DNA of 64,000 bases from the human T2T-CHM13v2.0 reference genome, Homo sapiens, in assembly GCF_009914755.1 (NCBI RefSeq), contig NC_060925.1; one strand, 5' to 3'. Position numbers and translations under genes: made by a program. Numbering within the stretch: position 1 is the stretch's first letter; each line of letters begins with the position of its first letter. This document shows positions 15,291-31,986 of this stretch, piece after piece. Under the pieces are notes generated by a model. That model was not told the DNA's origin. It saw only the letters and a program-made list of their open reading frames with translations, and made no database searches.

Positions 15291-16971
15291 CTATAACTGT
15301 ATGAGAGTTCCTGGAATAAGAGAGATGATCAGTGAGTGTCGGATCTTCTTTTTTCCCGGTAGAGGGAAATAATAACTAGGACGTGGGGTTTTCTATCTCT
15401 CTCATGATGTCATGGCGCATCCTCCATCTGAACAGTTAGCCATCGATTTTATATAACTGCTAATTACCAAATTAGCCTGCGGCTCTAGGCAGGGATGGGC
15501 TGCGCTTAGAATCAGTTCCCTCCTGTATCATTTCAGGGTTTTTTTTTTTTTTTTTTGGATTTAGCTTAATTTTTGTGACTGTTTCTAGCTCTCTGCGAGG
15601 CCCTATGCCAGCTGGTCTATCCTTTCTCTGCTTAATTCACCCCCGTTAATCTGCTTGGTCAGCATATCTTCTCATCTCCTTGCTGTGCCTTTAGGAGTGC
15701 GTCTGTCTGGAAAAGGCATTTATTATATTTACTTTAACTGGCTGTGTTTGGCAAGGTGGTCTGGGATTTCAACTTGGGAGGAAAACTGCTTTGATTATAC
15801 TGCCCTTGTTTACTGTATGCACTCTTTGCTGTGTATCCCTTGTCTATCAAGACAGCAAATACTTTTGCAGGAATCCAAGACACAAATTAAACAAAATCTC
15901 TGTCTGTGAGCACATTGGCAGCTCCTGGTCCATGACTGTTCTGCACAGCATCTCCTTTATCTGAAAACCACACCCCCATTTCCAGTCTTCTACTCTTTGG
16001 TGAGTTTGGGAAGGGAGGTTTTCTTGGATGGGTGAGCCAGAGGCCCCAGGAGTGGTGTTGCCTGGGTCTCACACTCCCAGGGGACAGGGAACACTTCCCA
16101 GCCAGGTATCATGGTGACCGAGGACACTGCCTTAGTCCATGCCATCATCATCTCCCTTTGACTCCAGCAGCAGCCTCCTAACCAGTCTTCCTGCCTCTGA
16201 CCTTGCCCTTCTCTGTACAATCCAGTCATTACATCACCTTATTTAAAATCTTTCAATGACTCTCTGTTGCCCTCAAGAATAAACCCAAACTTTTCATCGG
16301 GTGCATAAGGCATGACTCGGCTCTCATTTTATCAGTGAATTCTTGCAATCCATGCCCAAGTCATAGTGAACTTCTGCAGCTTCATTCATTCATTCATTCA
16401 TTCATTCAGGAAATGGTGAACCCTGAGATTCAATGATGAGCAAAACCAAATATGGTGCAATGTTCACAGAGATTTAGGTGTAGGGTGGAGACTGACAGTC
16501 AAATAGTCATGCCACACATGTAAAATGATAACCTGAGGAGTGCTAAGAAGTGAATGGAAACTGGCAAGATGAAGCTGCCGGACAGAATGAATGGAACTCT
16601 CTCAGGAACAATATCAAATTTGACCACTAAAGCTCCCTAAAGTGGGGAGTAACCTGGGAGTGGAAAGGGAAGCCTGCATTGGCTAGATGAAGAGGTTCCC
16701 ATCAGGCAGAGGGAACAGCATTTGCCAGTCCTATATAGCAGGAGGGAAAACGTATTTGAGAAATGGAAAGAAGCAGACTTGTGGGCCTGGAGCCCAGAAA
16801 ACATCAGGGGACATGGGTGGGAGGTGAGCCTGGAGAGGGCAGGGGAAACCAGGCAGGGCCTGGTGTCCACACTAAGGGTCTGGGCTTATCCTAAGAGCAG
16901 TGGGAAGTCCCTGGAATATCTGCACAGTGCAATGGCATAATCAAAAATGTACTTTGAAAGAGTCACTGGAA

Positions 16972-17268
<297 letters not shown>

Positions 17269-17344
17269 GTCACTGGAGGAGGTGTGAAGAGTGGGCCAGG
17301 AGACAATGTGAGGGGGTTATTGCAATGGTTAAGATAATAGATGA

Positions 17345-17430
17345 GAACCTGGGAGACAGAGGTTGCAGTGAGCTGAAATTGTGCCACTGCACGCCAGCCT
17401 GGGTGACAGAGAGATTCCGTCTCAAAAAAA
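17345..17430 (+). mobile_element. 5'-truncated Alu (3' ~85 nt of right arm)
   Basis: gaacctgggagacagaggttgcagtgagc...gattccgtctcaaaaaaa. Confidence 0.85.
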
Positions 17431-17613
17431 GGAGATGTTAGTAGCTTAGAACAGGTGATGGCAGTACAATGGACAGTACTAGACATATGTGCTAGGCACT
17501 TAAGAGATGAGATCAATAGGAATTGGCCATGGGTTTGTAAGATGTGTAGGTTGGGGAGACAGCTGTGAGGGTATAGACTCAGCAACCAGCATAACCCCAA
17601 GAGATAGGTCTTA

Positions 17614-17919
<306 letters not shown>

Positions 17920-18472
17920 TCACATTTGAATGAACACTGTGGCTACCCTTAGCTTTTTGGTCTGCTGTGACAAATTCCTTGGGCAGGTTAGAGTGATACT
18001 TGGGAGCTGAAGATCAATACACTTTATGCTTCCCCCATTTCCATTCAAGAGTTCCAGTGGCATTCTAGAAACTTTAAAAGGAACCAGTCAACATCATAAG
18101 CTTAAAAACAAAACAAGGGAAACCCCAGGAGGAGAAAATCAGAGCCAGCTCCCGAGTGATGGAGATGGAATAGAACAATATCAAATTTGACCACTAAACA
18201 AAAAGAAGACTGTTGATTTCAAGGTTTTGAAGTGTAAGGTGCCTTCCTCTGTGTTTACTTGAATAAACACAGCTGTAAAGGTAAGACATATATGGAGGAT
18301 GTGATGTAGCAGAAATAATATAGGCTTTGGAGTCAGGCTTCCGTTTGATCCCCAGCTCTGACATCTTTGGTAATGGAACCATGAGCAAGTCTTTTAACCC
18401 TGCTTGGCCTTGATGGCCACCTCTGTAAAAGGGGCAAATCATACCAACATTTTCAGGTTGTTGCATGGATTA

Positions 18473-18715
<243 letters not shown>

Positions 18716-19819
18716 TCAACCACAATGCTTGTTCTCTGCAGTTGCCACAAAGAGACGACGGGGACACTGCTTTTTTTCTCCCAGGACTGGCTATCTCCTC
18801 AAGCTGCTTTGGGCAGAAACAGCATAAACAACTTGCAGTGCAATAACGTGCTGCCCGGAACAACTGTCACTTAAAACGTTTAAAATAGTTCTTGCCTTTG
18901 ACACTTGAATTTAACTTTGGAGTGAACTAGCCATTCATTGTGAGAAAACCTCGAGTGGACTGTTTTAATATGCAAAAGCAAGGCAAGTTTCCACCAATTG
19001 TTCTTGTGGAAGACTGAAATGCCGTGAATCAATGTGAGCGCAGAGGCTTTGGAGTGAGAAGTGTTCTGTTTAGCGATGTAAATTGGGTGAATCTTTTAGC
19101 AGATTTATGGCTCTGCAGCTTGTTTTCCTGAGAAATTCTTCCTCACTCACTGTACTTTAGCTTGCCAGATACTATGTATTCTTGACGTGTTATGTGTGTT
19201 ATTTCTCCAGCAGTTGGATGGAGAGAGGAGCTTGGATAGAGAGGCATGTGGAGGAACACCTGCCCCTGCATTGTTGCCCCTAAATTTCATGCATGAGGAG
19301 AAGCTGGGCAAAGGGACTGGACTGGGCTTGGGGTGTGCAGCTAGAACTGAACTGGAGCAAAATTAATTTAGGTTTAGGGTTAAGGTTGAGACTTCTACCT
19401 AGTGCTCTTCACAACTAAAAACCCAGGCCTTGGAAATGTTAAACTATGGTTTTTGTTGTTGTTGTTGTTGTTTTGTATTTTTGATCATAGGGGTTGTGGT
19501 CTGTAGATTAAGGGGAAGTGTTGTCTCTGAAGGGACCAGATACCTCCAATGTCAATGATCCTGAAAGAAGTCAATCCTGAGAATGAGGTCTGGAAAGGTG
19601 GTTGTTAGAGCTAGGACAAGGTGAAATTGTTTGCTCCCTCTGGCCTTGAAGTCTGACCTCTAGGAGACTGGGGCCACCAAGGGCACCCCTGTAGGTGGGA
19701 GCTGTTCCCTGCAACGTCAGCAAGTCAAGAGCGAGGCAAAGACAGATGTCTAGTGGAGGCTGTGTGGAGAGACTTGAGACTATGGAATAGACATATCTAG
19801 CCACTAAAACATAAATTAG

Positions 19820-20345
19820 ATTAAGTAATTCCCTTGCTTAAAACTTTTCTGTTGCTTCCTTTTACAAACTCCTAATTGTAGCCAGCAGGGCTCTGAGTGA
19901 TCCGGCCCTGCCTGCTTCTCAGATATCTCCATGTACGACTTCTAAACTTATTCATTGCGCTCTAGCTATATTGCTTTTTTTCTGCTCTTGAAACTCATCA
20001 AGCTTATTCATACCTCAGGACCTTTGCACTGGCTTCTGCCTTTGCCTGGAATGTTCTCCAGATCCTCACATGGCTTAGGTCATCTAGGTCTCAGTTAAAA
20101 CGTTACCTTTTCAGAGAGGCCTTTTCAAACCGCTTGATCCAACATGGCCACGCTTCTGTACCGTTTATTTCGCTTTTCATTATAGTACTCATAATCAAAA
20201 TAATTTTGGGTGTTTATTTTCTTCTGCCTTGTCCAGTTTCTCCACTGGAATGTAATTAATGTGAACCAGGATCTTGTCTATCTGTTTATTCTGTAGCCTC
20301 AGTGCCTAGAATAGTGCTTGGCACCTGGTAGGTGTTCGATAAGCA
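19820..20345 (+). mobile_element. L2a 3' fragment
   Basis: cctcaggacctttgcact...gcctggaatgttct...cagtgcctagaatagtgcttggcac matches the L2 3' end. Boundaries approximate. Confidence 0.7.
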
Positions 20346-20615
20346 CACATCAAGTTGTAGAAAAGTCTTGTTAAATATTTCAGCTGTGGAGCATTGAGAA
20401 TGCTTGGGGTGAGAAGGTGCAGAAAAAAGGATAGCTTTGACTGAGGGTGCTGGTCTTGTATGAGCAGGAAGTCCTACCCTGCTCTTTGCAGCCAGATTCT
20501 TGGCTGAGGTGCAAGTATCATCCAGGTTGAAATTGTGAAAGAATTTCCTGAAGAGTCCTAGAGCGGCATCACTGCCAAGCAGCTAGGGGCTTGAACTGTT
20601 GGGACTTGGAAGTTC

Positions 20616-21372
20616 CTATTAGTTTCCCAGGGCTGCCATAACAAGGTACCACCAACTGGGTGTCTTAAATAATATAAATTATTGTCTCTCTGGGCACGGT
20701 GGCTCACGCCTGTAATCCCAGCACACAGGGAGGCCGAGGCGGGCAGATCATGAGGTCAGGAGATCGAGACCATCCTGGCTAACATGGTGAAACCTCGTCT
20801 CTACTAAAAATCCAAAAATTAGCTGGGCATGGTGGCAGGTGCCTGTAGTCCTAGCTACTTGAGAGGCTTGAGGCAGGACAATCGCTTGAACCTGGGAGGC
20901 GGAGGTTGCAGTGAGCTGAGACCATGCCACTGCACTCCAGACTGGGTGACAGAGTGAGACTCCATCTCAAAAAAAAAAAAAAAGAAAAATTATTGTCTCA
21001 CAGACTCAAGGTACAGGTGTCAGTAGGGCTGCTTCCTTCTGAGGGCTGTGAGTGAGAATCTGTTGCATGCCTCTCCTAGCTGCTAGTGATTTGCTGGTGA
21101 TCTTTGGCGTTTCTTGGCTTCTGGAAGAATCAAGAATCATTCCGATCTCAGCCTTCATCTTCACTATGGTGTTCTTCTTGTGGGCATGTCTGTCTCTGTG
21201 CCCAAATTTCCCCTTTCTATAAGGACACAGTCATATTGGCTTAGGGCCCACTCTAATGACCTCATGATAACTGATGATCTGCAAAAACTCTATATCCAAA
21301 TAAGGTCACATTCACAGGCATCAGGATCAGGACTTCAACGTCTTTTTAAGGAGCACAATTCAACCTATAATA
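20616..21372 (-). mobile_element. MLT1 (MLT1C-like) solo LTR interrupted by an Alu
   Basis: ttagtttcccagggctgccataacaa ... aaataaggtcacattc ... cacaattcaacctataa. Confidence 0.75.
20689..20986 (+). mobile_element. Full-length AluSc-like element nested in MLT1
   Basis: Perfect 13-bp TSD aaattattgtctc at 20676-20688 and 20987-20999. Confidence 0.93.
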
Positions 21373-23914
21373 GCAATAAAGAGAAATCTGGAGTATTCAG
21401 GTCAAAACAGCAGCCTCTGGTTGACCAGATGCCCTGGTGACTGTGCTTGGAACATTGAGGGATCTGCTTAAAGAGAAGGCCTCCAGAGGAGAGAAATGGT
21501 GCCAGGAGTTCCCTCCTGAGGGCAACTGAAACCAGAGCTGCTGAGGGCAGGGAGGGGTTTTGGAGATTGGCCTCTGGGTTTTCTAGGCTGGCTTCTCTCC
21601 AATCACCGGCCATGGTGCACTTTGTTCAGGGTTCTTTCCTTTTCAGAACAGCTCTAAGACCCAAGCAAATATCCACTCACCATGCAGGAAGCAAATCTCT
21701 GCTTTAATTGCCTGTGCAATTAGTGCACTCCTAGTGTCGGAGCCATCACCTGGAAAAGCACTTTGGTTAATTTGAATTTAAGCGGAGCTCTGAAATGACT
21801 GAGGGCCTCATCATGAGGGTCTGGGTACCCTCTTATCATTTAACTGGCACCTGCCAACCCAGGCCTGGAGAATCTGTCTGCAGTGCTGTTTGCATCTCCT
21901 CATCCCTTCTTTCCCCTCACCCTCCTCCAGCAGAGGGGAGCATATTTGAGGTGTAGGCTGAGGCTGTATTGAGAAGTCAGCCGCCTGACAGCTGCCAATC
22001 CACCAGGCAACTGGAAACAGAAAGCCATGTAGCAATGAACTGAAACTCATGGGGAGCTCCTAGGAGGCAGAATGTAATTGTCTTGATCAGAATTTTCCTG
22101 GGCCACCAGCCAATCCTGCTTCCATCTTGTCGACCTGAACACCAAGAATTTGTTTTCCATCATGCTGCTCAAGAGCTCTCCTCTCCTTTTTGCCGCTTCA
22201 AACTTCTTATCAGAGCAGAGCACAAAGAAACCACTTTTCAAACAAAACTATCTTGAAATTAAGAAAAGGATGCAGGACTCATTGTCCACAGAAGATACCA
22301 CACCCCGGAGCAAGTGGTATTGTGGGGGTGGGAAATGAGAAGCTGACCTAGAATTAACCAAGAAGGGACGTGAGCATCTTTGGCTAAATGAGGAAGCAGA
22401 AGGGAAGAGAAATGGGCAGAATTTAGTTCATTGTTTCAAGATGCACATTCGGTCACTCCGGATTCCAAGATATGTTCAGTAAAAATCCCACTGGGCACCC
22501 CCTGGGTGACAGGGTGGCATCTGGCCCAGGCACTACAGAGAAAACCTAAAAGAGTATTTTTCAGAAATAAACTTTGCCTTCTCCATTTTGTCAGTGTCTG
22601 TACTTGCTCCTTTTTAAGGGGGAAGCTTTTCCCTGCCCTTGATGTTTCCTTCCTAAGGCTCTTGTCTCTCTTTTGCTGGAGAAAATGAGCTTACCTAAAT
22701 GGTGAGTTTTGCAGCAAGGCCTGGGCATTGCCCTTCTGTTCCCCTCTCTCGTGGGACAGGCTGTTCCGAGGGTTCAGGCACCTACTTGTTCCTCTATGCT
22801 CTAAGTCCTAACCTGGATAGTCTCCCAATTTCTGCCATATGGAGAGACTTGCCTAGGTCCACAGTGGCCATCCAGTTTGCAAACCCATCTGGCCATGACA
22901 CTAAGTTACATGCTGCAATCTAGGGGACATTTTGGTGTCCATCTGTTTCACTTTTTCCCTTATTTATCAATTGATTTTAAACCCAGTGGAACACAGGGGT
23001 GTTATTTATTTATTGAATCTTCTTGAAAACCCTGGACTCATTCCATTCTGTAGCAGGCTCTTATGCCACAGTCTAAGGTAGAATTCTTGAATTAGTGATT
23101 CTCCAACTTTATCCCATCTGAAGATGCTGGTTCTTAGATCTTACAGATGTTATCAGTTTTCATTGATCCCTGGGTCAACTTGGAGTTGGCAGAGATATTA
23201 TTTGACATGTGACCACCCCAAGGCAAAGAGGATGAGACTGAGAATCCAGAAGACAGACACAATCACTAATCTGATCACAGGCCCTTATTGACCCAATTGA
23301 GGGTGCCAGAAAGCCTGTCCTTTGGATGGTGCCTGTCCTACTAGCCCACTAGCTGGCCAGACTGATGGGCACTGAGAGAGTCAGGGAGCAAGTCACCCCG
23401 AGGTCTGGCCTTTCCCAACTGTTGGCAAAGCTCTTTAAGAGTCCCAATGGCCTTGAGAATGTGGGGGTGGGTGGTAATCAAAGCAAGGCAGGTTTTATAT
23501 GGGCTTTATGAACTTCCTGTCTGTGGGAGTCAGCCTCATATTAGCCTTACTGCTAGTGCTTACAAACGGCAAGGTGAGTCACAGAATTGGTCAGAAGTTC
23601 TGCTTAGAGTTGTACAGGCTGGGCTTAGCATAATGCCAATGCACATCATCATGGTGGTGTAGTCATCGTAGGTTTATAGAATTATTATGATAATTTCCAG
23701 CAAATGGTAAGAATGTGTCTTGAGAAAGAGACACCTTTCCTGAATTCTCACAAAATTTCCATTTGGACTAGCGATATGGATGCTTACATGTGTTCAAGGC
23801 AAACTTGTCATTTTACAAACGGGAAACCTGAGGCCCATAGTGGGGAAGGATTTATATCAAGCACAGATCTGGTTGCCAGTAGAGGTAGGATGAGAAGCTA
23901 GTTTTCCTCTCCTA

Positions 23915-24736
<822 letters not shown>

Positions 24737-27181
24737 TCAGCTCTCACCTCTTTGAGCCCTGAGGAAAGACCTAGGAAATGACCAGCCCACCTAAACATCC
24801 AAGACTTCCAGATTGGTTGCCAAAGAGGTCATCATGAATATTCAAAAGATGTCCCTGCTCAGCCACTCTAACAGCACAGTCAACACAGTTGCTAAGACCA
24901 TTTAAAAACCAACAGACATTTGCATATGAGGACATGAAACATGCCTTCTGGGTAAACTTGCTTCTCTGGATAAAAGGATAAAAAGGACCCCAGCTTCGGA
25001 ACAGCCTCTTACGGGTCATTTTTCTCCATCTGTTCTTGCATATTTCTACAGCAGAAGGACATTGCAGTCACCTCTTCCAGGTTCTCTAGTGTATTTCCCT
25101 CATAAGCCCTGGCCTCTGGCACTGTGCAGGTCAGGGCAACACCTGGAAAGCTGGTTGATTTCCTGCAGGGCCCACCAGCTGTGGCTCCAGCACCCACTTG
25201 AGGTTCTGTTCATACTGAATTAGATAATGGGGAGGTGAGGGAATGTAGAAGAAGAAAGAAAAAGAAACAGCCAAGTGAGGAGAATAGGAAATGGTCTTCT
25301 CAACTTCTCATGGGATGTCTGCATGGCCAACATGCTCTTGCCTCCATGTTTTCATTTATTATTGGGGCTACACCCTTCTGGCTGGAGCTGATTATTAATG
25401 TTAATATTCTTTAAGGATTTGGAACTAAAACCAGAACTCTGGTTCTCTAATTAGCCTGTGTTGGACCGTGCAGAGCCAGGGCTGGTGTGGCCATTTTCTA
25501 CCATTCTGATACTGATATAGAAAACATTTGATCTGGAGAAAAGGGGAAAGAGGGAGAAAAGGAAAGAGGGAGAGAGAAACCAGTGGCCATGCAGAGCTTC
25601 TAGAAAGATATATGGAATAACTTGATTCCTGATGTTCCATTTTCTGGTGCAAGTCTTTTGTGAGGCCCAGATGCATTTCTGGTCCTGGGATTCCCATGAG
25701 GCACTCTATGTCCTTCCAGTAAATTCTCTCTTTTGCTTCAGCTAGTTTAAGTAAGTCTCTCTTCCTTGTTACTGGAGAGCCTTGGCTAAGACTTGTTTCT
25801 AACCAGTCCACTCTGGCCCACCTCCTACTCTGTCTCCAGAATGAAGTTTCTCCCTCAGGGCCGTCTTAGGCTGACCTTGAGGCTTTCAGTTTTTCAAGGT
25901 TGAGCCTTTCCCTGGGTACCCCTCCCTCTTTCCGGGTCTTAGCCTAGTCCTGTCCTCTCTTAAGCTGCTTAGGGCTTTTGGTCCAGCACCAGCTAAAATG
26001 AAAATCACCAGACCACTTGGGTGCCACCTGGTTTGGACTAAAAATGAAGTCCTGGTTTTCATATTTGAGGTAGTAATGTGATTTAACAGAATATATCCAG
26101 TTTCTTTTCAGCATGCTGCACTTGGTGGTTTTCGATAACTTAGGCCTTTTACATTTAATTTAAATTAATTATGAAATGGGGGAAGTGGCCTCCTAGTTGC
26201 TGTGTAAGCATGATATCTGAAGCATAGTAGACACTCAGTAAATGTGTGTCGAGTAAATGAAATGAATGGAAAATCTTCTTTATCCATGAGAAAGAAGGGG
26301 AAGCATTTCAATAAACTGGAGCTTTTTGGAAAAAAAAAAAAGTGTCAGGGAAATGCAACTGACCACAAAAAGCTTTTGTCCTTCAACTCTTTAAATCCAG
26401 AAAACCCGAATCATAATGGATTGAACATATTAAAATGTGATTATGTAGCGCAGAGGGTTTTAGCTGTGGGAGGTCTTGTAATTTGCATTCACAAAATGGC
26501 CTGCCTAGAAGAAGGCAGCCTGAGTGCCTGATGAGGACACAGAGCTTCGCAGTAGGGGGTTGGTGTAGGTCAGACCTTAGCAGAAGGAAATAATTAAACA
26601 ATCGTTTCCTAAAAACAGCACACAGGATTGGGAGCCAACCGTCTATTTTGTAGCCACTCTTGGATTCTGCCCTTTGTTGGCCACTTGGTAGCAATGTTCC
26701 ATTCCAATCAAGGAGGTATCAACTTGCTTTCAGCTTTGGTCCTAATTTCTAAACAAACACAATCCCTGCTCAAAAAGTAAACTGGAATAAATGTCTTTCC
26801 ATTTCTTCATGACTCTGTAGATGATGCCAAAATATTAAGGACATTTTTTCTTAAATGAAAATAATTCTGCCTAGCTTTACCACAAATTTCTAGATCTGGA
26901 ATTTTAATTTTAAACTTAAGGAACTGCCAAACCAAAAAATACTGCAAATGTTATAAGAATGTGGTTTGACTATAAGACAAAGTTGGACTACCTTCTCCAT
27001 GTTCTGTCAATATTCTAGGAGAAAAATATTCTTCAACTGCAATGTTTTCTATCCTCTTATGAACCATCTTCTCCTTTTAGCCTTTTGTCTTTTACTAATA
27101 CTTTCTTAATATCAAATCACAGGAATAACTTGGGCACCTTGTAACATTTCATATCAGAAGAGGAGAAGCTGCACCTGCTAT

Positions 27182-27834
27182 TGTTGGGCTCATCACAGAC
27201 ACTCCAAAATTTGGCACCTTGGTGTGCTGAGTACTTTGAATTAAAGAGGAATGAAAGAGCCTCAGAAACAGCCCCGGAAGCAAGCAAGGTCTTTCTGACC
27301 ATCTGCAGTCCTCCCATCTCCTGACCCTTCTTCTCCCTTTGAAGTGATTCACAGAAATCAGAATTCCTCTTCCTCAGGGCAGGTAATAGAAACTAGAACT
27401 CCTTTTCCTCAAAGCCAGCCATAAAACCTAGAAAGGTAACTTTTTCCCTCCTCCCTTCTCCCTTGAGGACCCTCATTCCAGTGAGGTCTTGTCCCACAGA
27501 GGAGGTGGAGAAGAAATGCTTCACAGAGAGGCCAAGAAGAATCTGGGCAGACAGGCCTTGCTGGGTCTCCCCCTTAGACTATTACCATTAGATCATAGCC
27601 ATTTGTCCAATTACGTTTCTACATGGCTGTCCATTATTCCTCAAACCTAAGCGTAAAAACAGACAATTTCCCCCAGGTCTTTGGGTCTTCATTTCTGAAG
27701 GCTCCTTTGTCATGTGAAACTTTGATTAAATAAATTTGTTACGCTTTCTCTTGTTAACCTGTCTTTTGTGATAGCAGTGTTGTTGTGATGCTTATATGAT
27801 GGGTGAGCAAGGGCATCACACCTTTCTGCCCCCA
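27182..27834 (+). mobile_element. ERV1 solo LTR (MER39B/MER34-family-like)
   Basis: ccaaaatttggcaccttggtgtgctgagtactttgaa start, gaggccaagaagaatctg, tctttgggtcttcatttctgaaggctcc, an AATAAA-containing R region, and TG...CA ends. Confidence 0.7.
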
Positions 27835-29007
27835 AGTTATCGAATGTCAACTCTTCAGGTTACAGCATAACCTTGGAGCTGTGGAAAACCTCAGCCACCG
27901 GCCTTCTGGAGGGATTCCTACAGAGCACTTTAGCTTTTATGGTTATGGGGTTTCTTCTAAAACATACTATTTAGAGCAGAACCATGGTTTGAAAGCTTTT
28001 TGGGTGGTAAACTTATTTTTTAAAGGACAAAAATCTTAAATGGATGTACAAAATATAAAACAGATCAAAGTGGAGCTGTCCTGGTTGGAGGCATGAAAGA
28101 GGGAGTAATTAGAGGTCTGGCTTTCCACTGGATTCTAGCCTCAAGGCACTGCCATAGAACCTTGGTGCACTAATGGAACACAAGCTACTGCCACAATAGT
28201 TCTGAACCAACGTTTTCTAAACTGAGCTTAAGCCTTGGCACCTGATGCTGTTTGGTTTGGATTCAGTAGCAGAGCATGAATCACTAATCTATAAATGTGG
28301 TCTCATTACATTGTGTTGTGGTTCTCATCTCTGGTCAACTCAGCCTTTTGTCCTGGACTTAAAACTGGCTTTCTGGTACATCAATTTCTGTTTATGAAAA
28401 ACACATAAAGCTGTACCAATAGTCACCTATCTCAATTTCTGTTACTGACAGAGAAAGTTGCTTAGCCTCTGAGTTTCAGCTCCATCAACAATAAAATGAG
28501 AACCAAAACTTATGCCAGATGCTATTTATAACTTTCGAGACATTCTTGGTGAGGACACACACACATTTATACATCACAATAGCTAATTTACAGCATTGAA
28601 GTTGAACACTCTTTGTTAGCTGAGGATACAATAAGGCAAAATATGACAATTAATGAATCAATCCTGGAAATATAATAATCTTGAATGAGGTGATCTGTGG
28701 GATGAAATAATAATAGACTTAAGCCATCACCTTGAACAGTGACCCAACCCATACCTACTTATTTTTGAATGACTTGTTTCCTACCACTTTCACTTCTGAA
28801 AATGTTCTGAGTATATGTGCGTATACCAAGTATTGAGCACTCACTCTCATCAGCACAGAGCTGATTGCTTTGTGTGCTTTATCTAATCCCATCCTCATAT
28901 TAACTTAATGAAGAAGGTATTCTTGTTTATCATAAATTATTCTTGCTTATCTTGTAAAATAAATTGAAGTTTGGGAAGGTTCAGATGACTTTCTCCAAAT
29001 ATCATCA

Positions 29008-29589
<582 letters not shown>

Positions 29590-31788
29590 CTAATTGTGGA
29601 TTGTGAATTTAAAATGGGGGTGATGTCTCTTTCCTCCATGCTGACAGCTGAGTATCTGGGGCCAGAAATAACTCCCCATAGACTCCATAAGAATGACACC
29701 ACCCTATGAGGATTTGGCAAATGGAGGATCAATTTTTAAGAACATTTCTTTGGCCACTCCTGAGTTTGCTGAGTTTGCCAATAAAAATTAGTGATGAGGT
29801 GGTGCAGATTGGCTCTTGCCAAAGATCAAATGTTTGATGGTTGCGGTTAACATTCATCAGAGGTTTTTGGCATTTATCGTAATGAACATGCCCCCGGCTA
29901 TTTAGGAGAGGATAGTCATGTGTGTTTGTGTGTAAACATCTTTATATACACACACAACACATTTCAAACTAAGACATTGCTATGAGATAATTGTTTATGA
30001 GCCAGAGCTAATATTTTGCTATATCTGGAGTTTCTCATGGTGCTACATTCGGTGTGAATCTGTCGATGTCTTGTTTCCCCTTCACCCAGATGAATTAGGA
30101 CTCAGTGACACAACCACATATGAAGTACAAAGAAAGGAAAAAGGAAGCTTGGAAAAAGATAATACAAAGAAGAGAAGAAGGAGACAAGAGGGAGAGGGAA
30201 TGAGAAAGAGTAACTTGACGAAATTGAATCTAGGATTTATTATCTATCTATCTTATCGTTCCCTCTCTCTCTTTCCCTCCATATACTTTCTATGAGTGTC
30301 CTTAGAAATGGAGGAGACAAGAGGGCCTCTTTTGGAGGGCACTGCCATTCTCCCCTATTCTTTGGCCTCTATTTATGGTACCCAGGGTGCCTTATATGTA
30401 ATTTACAGTCATACTCTTATAAATCAGTGTGATGAATGCTCCCCAGTGGCCTCAACCTACAGATCACAACAGTTATTAAACCATGTGGCCATGCATTTGA
30501 CCTTGGCATTCCCTGGTCAGCCTCTCTTTTAATTAGAGTTTTACATATTGGGTATAGGTAACAGGAGAACCTGGCGTAATTTTTCTTCCTGAAAAACATT
30601 GGTAGCAATGTTCCATTCCAATTGACATGATCGTTTCAATTGTTATGTAACTCAATTGCCACATTTTATTTATCATTTTAACTCAAATAGGACACATTTG
30701 TATAGATGTCTGTTTAGATTTATTTACCTTGCTGTGATGTGACTATAATATGACTGTAAATAAGAAAATGGGGCATACAGATTTAGTGAACAGAGCCCCG
30801 GGATAGGTGGTGGAGACCCAGGTACTCGTTTTAAGCCTGTCACCAACTAGCTGTATGATGTCCTTCAAGTTTTCTGAATCGTAGTGTCTATAAATTAAAC
30901 TAAACTAGATGTAAAATGAGGGGTCGTACCTGTGAACTTGAAGGTCTTTTGTAACTCCAACAGTTCACAGCTCTAAGAATTTTGAAGTAAAAGAATGGTG
31001 AAATCATGGTCTTGTTAGCCAAAAATGTGCCATTTGTCATTAAGTCTGATGAATGGCTAAAAAATGTTCTTTGATGTTGAAGAATAAAGACAGAGGGAAG
31101 GAGTATAATTGAACTTTATATCCTCATGAGTGGTACAGTTAGGGAGGACATTGGTAGGGTCAACAAATTCTGGAAATTTAGAGCCAGGCATACACCTGTG
31201 GCAATTCGGAAAAGTTAGTTTTAGAATTAAGAAAATAAATAAAATACTGCTTTAGAGAGTAGAAAGGAATCTTAGGATACTTTAAAAGTCATAGACTAAT
31301 AAAAAAGTTGCTAAATTAATAGGATACAAATGTATTATGAATAATCCAGGAGAGCCAAGGTGTTTTGTTTTATGTCTGTAACCTTTAGGGATTGATGCCA
31401 TGCAAGCTGACTTTTCTGTGGTGCATCTGTCTGCACAGAATGAAGCTTTTGGCTGATTATGTGATGGATTCAGCCTGGCTTTTCTTATGTCCTAAAGAGA
31501 AGCCTCAATTTTTTCAGGGTCTGGTTTTCATGCTCACCAAAACTATGGCTCATCAGACCCCAGAATTATCTCAGCAGAGAGCTGGAGCTGGTGGCTGCTT
31601 CCCACATCCTCTGTTCTGCAAGGCCAGGGTGCCATGCTCAGGGCTACTCTTGTCAGCAGGTCATTACCACATATTTGTCACAGAAATGTTCTATATCCCA
31701 GACACCCACAACATGCCATTTTGTGTCTTTAATGGCATGGAGAGAGATATTGGGTAGCACTTTCCTTGCTGCCCCTGATTCCAAGCTA

Positions 31789-31986
<198 letters not shown>

